Of a stretch of 28,269 nt of DNA, positions 9,090-15,985 are shown piece after piece; the stretch's first letter is position 1, and each line of letters begins with the position of its first letter. The position numbers and the translations under genes are program-made. A model generated the notes under the pieces. It searched no databases and was not told the DNA's origin. It saw nothing but the letters and a program-made list of their open reading frames with translations. The stretch spans positions 1 to 28,269 of the IMG/VR virus record IMGVR_UViG_3300038829_000034; one strand, 5' to 3'. Source of the DNA: a virus (Duplodnaviria > Caudoviricetes).

Positions 9090-9658
9090 TAGGCCACCCC
9101 CGTATGCAGGCGGTATTTTCCGATGATATCTTGCGCCAGGCTGCCCCAGCCGAGGTTGACGTATTGCACATTCCCGTCGGCCACCGACCGCGACCGCACG
9201 CCGACGAGATTATTGATCCCCTTCTCACGGGCGGCCCACACCAGCTCGATCGCGGCCTGTTCCAGATCCGTCGGGATGACGGCAAATCCGCCAACATAGG
9301 TCAGCTTGATGTTCCTGAGCCCCTTGCTAAACGTCATTCCATCGAGGCGAATGACCCCCGCCTCGGCATCGTCGATCACGTAGCTCGACGCCGCCAGCGG
9401 CGTGGCATAGGCGCGCGCCGGATCGTCCCAGATATTGGTAATGCTGATGAGCGGCGGACTGGCCACGATCAATCGATCACGCCAGTCGTCCCCGTGGAAG
9501 TATTCCGTCACGGTCGCCTGCTCAAAGGTGCGCTCACACTCCCGTTCCAGCCATTCCTGCACGGCAGGAATCAGGCGCGCCAGTTCGGCATCGTGCTCCT
9601 GGTTCTCAGGCTCGATACCGCGAAACGCTTTGCAGGCTGGCACGGTGGTGAGCGACAT
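9089..9658 (-). CDS. Head-tail connector (gp6/phiE125 gp8-like)
   Basis: LTTV..CKAF....EHDAELARLI.A....E..C.R.F and YVGGF..IP.DLEQA motifs. Confidence 0.8.
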   Translation of the reverse strand: MSLTTVPACKAFRGIEPENQEHDAELARLIPAVQEWLERECERTFEQATVTEYFHGDDWRDRLIVASPPLISITNIWDDPARAYATPLAASSYVIDDAEAGVIRLDGMTFSKGLRNIKLTYVGGFAVIPTDLEQAAIELVWAAREKGINNLVGVRSRSVADGNVQYVNLGWGSLAQDIIGKYRLHTGVA

Positions 9659-9661
9659 GGG

Positions 9662-9868
9662 CTATCGTTTCCGTTTCGATACGTGCAGCTGGACGCTGCC
9701 AGGAAGCATCTCCAGCTCTGAGTTGACGTAGTCCGCCACGCCATCGCCTTCGACGACTTGCTTCGCGAACTCCGGCGAGACGGCATAATCCACACCACTG
9801 AGATGCACCCCGCAGAGCGTGGCCCGCGAGGTGCTGAACCGGATGGTGACGAGCGAATCCTGGACCAT
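9662..9868 (-). CDS. Small head-associated hypothetical protein
   Basis: Packed between the decoration-like and connector genes. Confidence 0.55.
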   Translation of the reverse strand: MVQDSLVTIRFSTSRATLCGVHLSGVDYAVSPEFAKQVVEGDGVADYVNSELEMLPGSVQLHVSKRKR

Positions 9869-9870
9869 GG

Positions 9871-10314
9871 TTAGGCCGTGCCCTCAATCGGATTGGTGTG
9901 CGATTCGTATTTATCGAGTCCTTGCGTCACGGGCACCTTGCGGGCCCGATACTGCAAGGCCCAGATTGGCCCCCAGTCGCTGTTCGCGACCGCGCGTGTA
10001 ATCACGCAGCGCACGTAGCGTTCGTTCGGGCGCTTGATGTCGATCGCCACCGATTTGTTATCGTCGGTATCGATGAAGGCCTGGCTGGTGCCGATGAGAT
10101 CCGCCGCGTCCGCCATATTGGAGGCAGCTCCCTGCTGGGCTTTGATGGTCGCCGTCCCTGTCGCCAGGACTGTACCGGTCGACGTCAGGAAGACCACGCC
10201 GTCATAGCCCGACATGTCGACGATGCCGGAGTTGATGGCGCTCGTCCCCGCGGCGGTGGCGTCATTGAGTTTCGTGATTTTCGTTTCTTCGAGTAGATTG
10301 CCGATCGGTCCCAT
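9871..10314 (-). CDS. Putative capsid decoration/cement protein
   Basis: Directly after the major capsid; VDMSGYDGVVF...RYVRCVIT beta-sandwich pattern; GAGGAGG RBS. Confidence 0.6.
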   Translation of the reverse strand: MGPIGNLLEETKITKLNDATAAGTSAINSGIVDMSGYDGVVFLTSTGTVLATGTATIKAQQGAASNMADAADLIGTSQAFIDTDDNKSVAIDIKRPNERYVRCVITRAVANSDWGPIWALQYRARKVPVTQGLDKYESHTNPIEGTA

Positions 10315-10337
10315 GGTGCCTCCTCCTCTCCGTGTCT

Positions 10338-10380
10338 GATCCTCTCGCTGGCACCTCCGACGAGGCGCCAGCGCGGGATC
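10338..10380. other. Imperfect stem-loop downstream of the major capsid gene
   Basis: GATCC..CGCTGGC.CCTC / GAGG.GCCAGCG..GGATC inverted repeat. Confidence 0.5.
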
Positions 10381-10406
10381 ATGATGCTGTCTTCACTTCG
10401 TCAGGC

Positions 10407-11654
10407 TTAGGCCTGGATCAGGTGCTTCACCGGATTGGTGCCCGCATCGACCAGATCGCCGTCTGAGCGCAGGAACGCCAAGAAGCCGACCTGTAAGGCG
10501 TCGGCATACCGCTCTTCCAGACGAAGGAGGATCACGTTCCCCGCATCACGAATGTGATAGTTCGAGAAATCACCGAACAGCACGCTCTTGAGGCCTGTCG
10601 TCGCGGCTGGAATGTCCTGGTTGATGATGTAGGGACGACCCAGGATCGTATCGGGCATCCCGTTCGCCATGGGAGCCCAGACGGGCATGTTGGCCGAGTC
10701 TTTGAGTTTGCGCACGAGACCGAGCGTGGTGAAGTTCAGCATGTAGCGCCCATTACCCTGATAGGACGGATCGACGCTGTGCAGGAGATCGACCATTTCA
10801 TCGTAGGTGATCGCGGCGGCGCCGGCTGCGGTCTTGCCAAGGGTCGAGGCCGTGACGACGCCACGCGGCTTCGCGGACCCGTCACCCGTGGTGAAATGCG
10901 TATTCTGGATACGCCCGATGCGCTGGCCGAGCTTGCGTCCGATATAGACATTCAGATCGACAGAGCTGTCCTGCAGCAATTGCCGCGACACCTTGACGAT
11001 CTTGGAGCTGTAGAGGAAGCTCTGCAGGACCACCTGGCCGAAGGTGATATCCCCCTCATTGTGGGAGGTGTTTTCGTTGATGATCTCACCGGCCACAGCG
11101 GTGTCATTATCCGTGGGGATCGGAAGATCGGCGCCGCTGGCCGTGGGCACAATGGTCGATACGGCGCGCATCCCGCCGAACGCCTTCATAGCTTCCACGA
11201 TGGGGCGCATCGCTTCATCGGGCACCGCGTAGCCGCCGCCTGCACCGGTCCCCCCCCCTTGAGCGGCACGAATGTTCACCCCGCCGCCCATGCGCGGATC
11301 GCCCACATAGCGACCGGCCATCCGGGCACGATCGTCATCGCTCAGCCCGGCAATGCCGAATCGCACATAGTTCAAATAGGCGGCATTGTTATTTTTCGTG
11401 TCGTCATCGACCTGATCCTGCGAGAGGTGCTCCCGTCCAGCTCGTTGTTCGATGCGGCGACTCAGATCCTGCTCGGCATTCGATGCCCGTTCGTGCCGGT
11501 CCAGATCCTGCTTAATGGCGTCCGAATCGGCCATCATCGCATCGAACTTTACCTCGTCCTCTTTGCTCATCTTCTCCTGCTTGATAATGGCCTGCGCATC
11601 TGCGACGAGCTTGGCGCGCTGTTCCCGAAGGGCTTTGATTTTCTCGAACGACAT
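10407..11654 (-). CDS. HK97-fold major capsid protein with N-terminal coiled-coil delta domain
   Basis: GGYAVP, VSRQLLQDS, GDGSAKPRG, LFGDFSNY, RLEERYAD..QVGF motifs. Confidence 0.95.
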   Translation of the reverse strand: MSFEKIKALREQRAKLVADAQAIIKQEKMSKEDEVKFDAMMADSDAIKQDLDRHERASNAEQDLSRRIEQRAGREHLSQDQVDDDTKNNNAAYLNYVRFGIAGLSDDDRARMAGRYVGDPRMGGGVNIRAAQGGGTGAGGGYAVPDEAMRPIVEAMKAFGGMRAVSTIVPTASGADLPIPTDNDTAVAGEIINENTSHNEGDITFGQVVLQSFLYSSKIVKVSRQLLQDSSVDLNVYIGRKLGQRIGRIQNTHFTTGDGSAKPRGVVTASTLGKTAAGAAAITYDEMVDLLHSVDPSYQGNGRYMLNFTTLGLVRKLKDSANMPVWAPMANGMPDTILGRPYIINQDIPAATTGLKSVLFGDFSNYHIRDAGNVILLRLEERYADALQVGFLAFLRSDGDLVDAGTNPVKHLIQA

Positions 11655-11668
11655 GGAATCCTCCTTGG

Positions 11669-12406
11669 TTATCGTGACGGCTCGCCACGTTCGACGAGCG
11701 CCAAACGTCGTCGCATGAGCGCGGCGCGGCGCGTGCTATCGGCATCGGGTGCTGAATCATCTGCGGGCTCCGTGAGAGCCTTCGGAGTTTTGGCATAGCC
11801 GGAGAGATCGAACGAAATGGCTGCGGCGGCCTGGCTTGGCGCACCTTGTACGACATCGGCCAACCCTGCCGCCTTGGCTTCCTCAGCCGTAAACCAGGTT
11901 TCCGCATCCATCCAGGCCTGCGCTTGATCTTTCGTGATACCCTGGCGCGTGGCATAAATCCCGGCCAAACTCCCGCCGATCTTGTCCAGCTTCAGGGCCA
12001 TCTCGCGCATATCGGCGGCATTCCCGATGGCTAGCGCCCAAGGATTGTGAATCATCAGGAAGGCGGACTCGCCCATCGTGACGGTCTGGCCCGCCATGGC
12101 AATGATGCTACCGATACTGGCCGCAATACCGTCGATCTGCACGTGGATCGTAGCCCCGTGGCCCTTCAAGCTGTTAAAAATGGCGAGCCCGTCGAACACG
12201 TCCCCGCCCGGCGTATTGATCCGGACGTTGATCGTCTTGACGGTGAGCGCCTGGAGTTCTCTGGCAAAGTCCGCTGCCTTCACGCCGCCCCAACCGATAT
12301 AGTCATAGATCAGCACGTCGGCTTGGTCTGAGGCGGCTTTTGCCTGGATGAAAAACCAGGAACGGGCCCTGTCTTGGATGGCGCGGGCCTGTAACGATTT
12401 CATCAT
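11669..12406 (-). CDS. ClpP-type head maturation protease
   Basis: INTPGGDVFDG, GIAASIGSII, MIHNPW, ETWFTAEEA...GLAD motifs. Confidence 0.93.
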   Translation of the reverse strand: MMKSLQARAIQDRARSWFFIQAKAASDQADVLIYDYIGWGGVKAADFARELQALTVKTINVRINTPGGDVFDGLAIFNSLKGHGATIHVQIDGIAASIGSIIAMAGQTVTMGESAFLMIHNPWALAIGNAADMREMALKLDKIGGSLAGIYATRQGITKDQAQAWMDAETWFTAEEAKAAGLADVVQGAPSQAAAAISFDLSGYAKTPKALTEPADDSAPDADSTRRAALMRRRLALVERGEPSR

Positions 12407-13728
12407 CGGTCACTCCATGTGAGTTTCGGTGCGATGGTGGACCAGCTCGCCGCGTCGTCTAATTCGACGGCCTCATTGCGCGGCGTTCCTGGCGAAGCCG
12501 GAGCATTCAAGAGTTGCTGCAGGGGCGTGAGATTGGTCTGCACAAACAGCGTGTCACCGCCGGGCACTGGTGCCAGGTCCTCGGCTCGGCGAATCTCGTT
12601 CGTGGTGAGCCAGCTATTCTGGTGCCCGCTGGCGTAATAGGCCGACCGGGCTGCGCTATCGCCACGCATGAGACCCTGCACCTTGAACTGGGCATAGAAC
12701 GGCGAGCGCGGGAACAGTTTGCGATTGAATTCCTGCTCAAACCGCGTCAGCCATGGCAGTAAGGTGAAGATGAGGAAGCCAAGCGTATTCTGCTCCACAC
12801 CGGTGCCCCAGCTCGTCTGCTTATCGGTATGGCCGATCATGTGGGGCGGCACGCCGAAGAATCGCGCGATGTCCTCCACCTGGAATCGGCGCGTCTCCAG
12901 AAATTGCGCGTCTTCGCTGGTCATGCTGATATTCGTCACGTCGAGGCCTTCTTCGAGCACCATCGACTTGAAGGCGTTCGACAGACCGCCCTGCTGCTGA
13001 TCGAACTGCGCCTTGAGGCGCATCTGTGCATCCTTGCTCAGCGTCTTGGGGTGCTTCAGGACTACACCGAGCCGCGCACCATTCGAGAAGAGTTTCGAGC
13101 CATGCTGCTCAGTGGCGAGCGCAAGACCAACGGCCTGCTTGGCAGCCGCCGTGATGACCGACAGGCCCTTGACGCCGTCGAATCCGAGCCCTGGCACATG
13201 GATCATGTCGGACTGATCGATGGTTTCGGTCGTGCCGTCCCCAACGCGCACGTGATACCGATTGCGGCCATTGACACGCTCGGGCGTGACGGCGCTGGAG
13301 GGAATCGGAAAGAGATCGATGATTTGATTGGCATGATTGCGCCCGATGGCGGCATAGGCATTCCCGCCCAGTAGCACGTTGGCGGTGAGAAATTCGCGCC
13401 AAACGCACGAGGTCATCGCGGGATTGGGTTCATCGTGCAAGAGATAGTAGGGAAGCGTGTCGGGGACTTCCACGGAATCGCCGTTGGATTTCCGGCGATA
13501 GACCTTGAGCGGCAGAGAGCCGATTGCTTTCGCAATGAGCATCACGCAGCCATAGACGGCGCTGGTCCGCATGCTGCTCTGCTCGCTAACCGACACACCG
13601 GCATCCGTGGTGCCGCCGAACAGATCGACGAGCCATTGCGCGGGATTCGAGAGCGATGTACTAGGATTCTCCGGCGATAAATTGAGAATCGCCGGAGACT
13701 CGCGGTGCTGCCAGAATTTCCAGTTCAT
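12403..13728 (-). CDS. HK97-family portal protein
   Basis: AVYGCV..IA..IGSLPLKVY, PNPAMT, DAQFLETRRFQVEDIARFFGVPPHMIG, TNEIR..EDL.P.PGGD motifs. Confidence 0.95.
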   Translation of the reverse strand: MNWKFWQHRESPAILNLSPENPSTSLSNPAQWLVDLFGGTTDAGVSVSEQSSMRTSAVYGCVMLIAKAIGSLPLKVYRRKSNGDSVEVPDTLPYYLLHDEPNPAMTSCVWREFLTANVLLGGNAYAAIGRNHANQIIDLFPIPSSAVTPERVNGRNRYHVRVGDGTTETIDQSDMIHVPGLGFDGVKGLSVITAAAKQAVGLALATEQHGSKLFSNGARLGVVLKHPKTLSKDAQMRLKAQFDQQQGGLSNAFKSMVLEEGLDVTNISMTSEDAQFLETRRFQVEDIARFFGVPPHMIGHTDKQTSWGTGVEQNTLGFLIFTLLPWLTRFEQEFNRKLFPRSPFYAQFKVQGLMRGDSAARSAYYASGHQNSWLTTNEIRRAEDLAPVPGGDTLFVQTNLTPLQQLLNAPASPGTPRNEAVELDDAASWSTIAPKLTWSDR

Positions 13729-13823
13729 CGAGATCCCATCGCGCTGAACCTCCAGAAAGAGCCCATACAGGCATAGAGGTATCAGGAGCGAGAGGGGTCG
13801 GATAGGTGAGCTTTTCAGACTTC

Positions 13824-13859
13824 TTCTGAGTTTTTCGGAAGGTTTCTGAGTTTTTCGGA
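13824..13859. repeat. Direct repeat TTCTGAGTTTTTCGGA x2 (20-bp period) upstream of portal; candidate regulator-binding site
   Basis: Exact 16-bp copies at 13824-13839 and 13844-13859 in the intergenic region. Confidence 0.6.
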
Positions 13860-13866
13860 GAAAAGA

Positions 13867-14070
13867 TTAGGCGGGAACGAGACAACACTCGCATGTGAAG
13901 ACACCGTCAGCAATTTGCTCGACGACTGGATGCACCGAGAACCGCATCAGTCGCCCATCGTACATTATCGACTTGCGGCCATAGTCACTCGCCCGAAAGA
14001 GATCCATGATGGCATTGAGCTCCGCAGCTGAAAAATATCTTGGCGCGATATATGCCATGCCTGACTCCAT
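13867..14070 (-). CDS. Hypothetical protein
   Basis: ATG overlaps the upstream TGA (TGATG). Confidence 0.5.
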   Translation of the reverse strand: MESGMAYIAPRYFSAAELNAIMDLFRASDYGRKSIMYDGRLMRFSVHPVVEQIADGVFTCECCLVPA

Positions 14071-14216
14071 CAAAGGCGGATAGGTAGGTCTGTCGCGGAA
14101 AGGTTGGGTTTGTCATAGGAAAATTTCAAGGAAGATTGTCGACGGCGTGGAGGGGCTGGCGGCGGAGCCGGCTTCATGGCTGGATCAGGCGGAGGAGGGT
14201 TCTGCTGTTTCTTCAT
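14070..14216 (-). CDS. Small Pro-rich hypothetical protein (48 aa, MKKQQNPPPPDPAMKPAPPPAPPRRR...)
   Basis: Open frame whose stop is coupled to the next ATG; weak RBS. Confidence 0.4.
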   Translation of the reverse strand: MKKQQNPPPPDPAMKPAPPPAPPRRRQSSLKFSYDKPNLSATDLPIRL

Positions 14217-14249
14217 GTTACTCGGGGCCCTGGCTATCCATTGCAATTA

Positions 14250-14480
14250 CTAGGAGCGACGATCAGCAGACGGCCCAGATAGATCTCTCATCTGATTACT
14301 CACACTCCTGATCTCGACGTTTTGCAACATCAAATCGATATGGCTGCTCGACAATAGATCGATCCAGTCATATTCTACGTGCAGCACTTTGACCCCGTGC
14401 GCCTTCCAGATCGACACAGCCAACGCCCGAAACGCATCATGCGCAGCCCGCTCTACCGACGGTTTCATTTTCTCACTCAT
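14250..14480 (-). CDS. Hypothetical protein (76 aa)
   Basis: GGAGG RBS immediately after the terminator hairpin. Confidence 0.55.
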   Translation of the reverse strand: MSEKMKPSVERAAHDAFRALAVSIWKAHGVKVLHVEYDWIDLLSSSHIDLMLQNVEIRSVSNQMRDLSGPSADRRS

Positions 14481-14491
14481 CGTAGTCCTCC

Positions 14492-14525
14492 AAGAAAAGA
14501 TGCTGGCCGATTCCGGCCAGCATCT
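14492..14525 (-). terminator. Intrinsic terminator-like hairpin at the 3' end of GGY-NN array B
   Basis: AGATGCTGGCCG-GAAT-CGGCCAGCATCT (12-bp stem) followed by TTTCTT on the minus strand. Confidence 0.75.
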
Positions 14526-14539
14526 GAATACTGCCTATA

Positions 14540-14594
14540 TAACCATGCCTCACCCAACCTCACCCAACCCTACCAGACCTTACCCGACCAAACC
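14540..14594 (-). ncRNA. GGY-NN pentamer array B (11 units); candidate guide RNA
   Basis: Minus strand: GGT TT GGT CG GGT AA GGT CT GGT AG GGT TG GGT GA GGT TG GGT GA GGC AT GGT TA; intergenic, starts 4 nt after a stop codon. The repeat is certain; the RNA role is inferred. Confidence 0.7.
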
Positions 14595-14598
14595 GCGA

Positions 14599-15120
14599 TT
14601 ACTCGCTCGCCAACTCCGGATGCTCGACCGTGCCAAGCCTGCGTGAGCCCCGCTTCGACACCATCTGTCGCAACATGGCAGCCTTCACCCTCGCATCCGC
14701 ATTCTCGCTGCGTTGCGCCGGAGACAGCTCTTCGATCCGCACACTATTCACCAAATCGACCAGTTCCTCCGCGGTTCGCCGAAGATCCTTTTGTTTTTCC
14801 TGCATCGCCCATCCCGTTTGCTCCGATGCCGGCACAACGGTATAGCCCTTCCCTTGATGGTTTCGAATGGCCCGGAGATGATCGTGCAGCAAGATCTCCT
14901 TAAAGCCAGTCATCTGCGACAGAAATTGAAATCGAATCTTGTCGGCTTGCTCGACTGGCATCTCCGGCGAAGGGACCACTAACCCGAACTGTTGATAAAA
15001 CCATTCATGCGGCACGATCTGGCCGTCGGTAAACCCCGCCGCGAGGAATTGCTGCACTGCATGCCGATAGGGTGGATAGAGCTGAATCGCATCGCCGCCA
15101 TCATGCGCGTCTTGATTCAT
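14599..15120 (-). CDS. Accessory protein coupled to the RAMP-like gene (173 aa)
   Basis: ATG at 15120 overlaps the RAMP-like gene stop (ATGA) with GGAGG RBS; GKGYTVV strand followed by a helical/coiled C-terminus. Confidence 0.7.
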   Translation of the reverse strand: MNQDAHDGGDAIQLYPPYRHAVQQFLAAGFTDGQIVPHEWFYQQFGLVVPSPEMPVEQADKIRFQFLSQMTGFKEILLHDHLRAIRNHQGKGYTVVPASEQTGWAMQEKQKDLRRTAEELVDLVNSVRIEELSPAQRSENADARVKAAMLRQMVSKRGSRRLGTVEHPELASE

Positions 15121-15692
15121 ATTGCCACCTCCACGGAAAACCGTCCATACCGTGGCCGCATCTCCATCAAGCCGCACTTAAACCCCGCCTCTTCCAGATA
15201 CTGCACAACCTCCTGGCGGTTGATAATCTTTTCATCAAAGCTCACCGTCGCGAGAGCCGCCCAGCTCAGAAAGATCGGCCGACACCGCATGATCCGCTTG
15301 CGATCAATAGCCACGCTGCGCACATCCACAAACTCCGGCGCAGCGAAGAGCAACTCGGGATCTCTCGGCCCCTTATACTTCAGGGGCAACTTATCCTCCA
15401 TGACCATGACGCCCCGCTCAATATCTTTCCCGCGCATATGTCCACGCGCGGCCCCACGGAGCGCGGCTTCCAGTACCACGCCAGGGATATACGGTCCGAC
15501 CAGCTTGTCACAATAGAGTCCGCCCAAGAATTCCAATTCTGCCAACTTCGCCAGCTCCGCCTCTGTTTTCTTTCGTTTACTGCTGATCGCCCGCATCTCT
15601 TTTGTGATAGGGTCCAACGGATTCGCCAAGCGCACATTGTGCATCAAAAGCGGACTCTGCCCTGTCAGTGTCACTTGCAGCGTGTCCATCAC
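15117..15692 (-). CDS. Stand-alone RAMP/Cas7-like putative RNA-binding protein (Vipr-like candidate)
   Basis: N-terminal VTLTGQSPLLMH, central PYIPGVVLEAALR (compare RAMP PyIPGSSlKGalR), C-terminal AGFKCGLMEMRPRYGRFSV (degenerate G-rich loop); AAGGAGG RBS; flanked by the GGY-NN arrays. Confidence 0.7.
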   Translation of the reverse strand: MMDTLQVTLTGQSPLLMHNVRLANPLDPITKEMRAISSKRKKTEAELAKLAELEFLGGLYCDKLVGPYIPGVVLEAALRGAARGHMRGKDIERGVMVMEDKLPLKYKGPRDPELLFAAPEFVDVRSVAIDRKRIMRCRPIFLSWAALATVSFDEKIINRQEVVQYLEEAGFKCGLMEMRPRYGRFSVEVAI

Positions 15693-15717
15693 AAAACCTC
15701 CTTAGTTAAAATAAAGG

Positions 15718-15772
15718 AAACCCTACCAAACCAAACCACACCCCACCCCACCAAACCGGACCCAACTAAGCC
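15718..15772 (-). ncRNA. GGY-NN pentamer array A (11 units); candidate guide RNA
   Basis: Minus strand: GGC TT AGT TG GGT CC GGT TT GGT GG GGT GG GGT GT GGT TT GGT TT GGT AG GGT TT; begins directly after the HTH gene stop. The repeat is certain; the RNA role is inferred. Confidence 0.7.
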
Positions 15773-15985
15773 TCACAGATATTTCTTCACCGACTCCGTC
15801 AACGGCCGGCGATAGCCGCCTGGCGTTCGCATAAACTCAATTTTCCCTGACGTCATGTAATTGTCTATGGTGCGCGGCGTCACCTCTAAGAGAAACGCGG
15901 CCTCCTCGATGCGGAGCTTCGTCTTCTTGAGTAATTCATTGGGATCGTACATGAGTCCTCCGTTACGCCCCCGGCGTTTCGCCAT
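15773..15985 (-). CDS. MerR/excisionase-like HTH DNA-binding protein
   Basis: LRIEEAAFLLEVTPRTIDNYMTSGKI..RTPGGYRR motif; the start may be the second Met. Confidence 0.8.
   Translation of the reverse strand: MAKRRGRNGGLMYDPNELLKKTKLRIEEAAFLLEVTPRTIDNYMTSGKIEFMRTPGGYRRPLTESVKKYL

Noticed and set aside
10554-11798. Long plus-strand ORFs (e.g. 10554-11798, 25634-27151, 2223-3035, 15072-15815)
   Set aside because: They are antisense shadows of well-supported minus-strand genes in GC-rich DNA and have no recognisable motifs.
14540-15772. Calling the pentamer arrays a CRISPR array or simple microsatellites
   Set aside because: There are no 23-47-nt repeats with spacers and no cas1/cas2. The units are not identical, since only the GGY positions are conserved, which is unlike slippage repeats.
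15773-15985. Calling the HTH gene a true excisionase
   Set aside because: No integrase is adjacent; its position after terL fits a regulatory or packaging DNA-binding role better.
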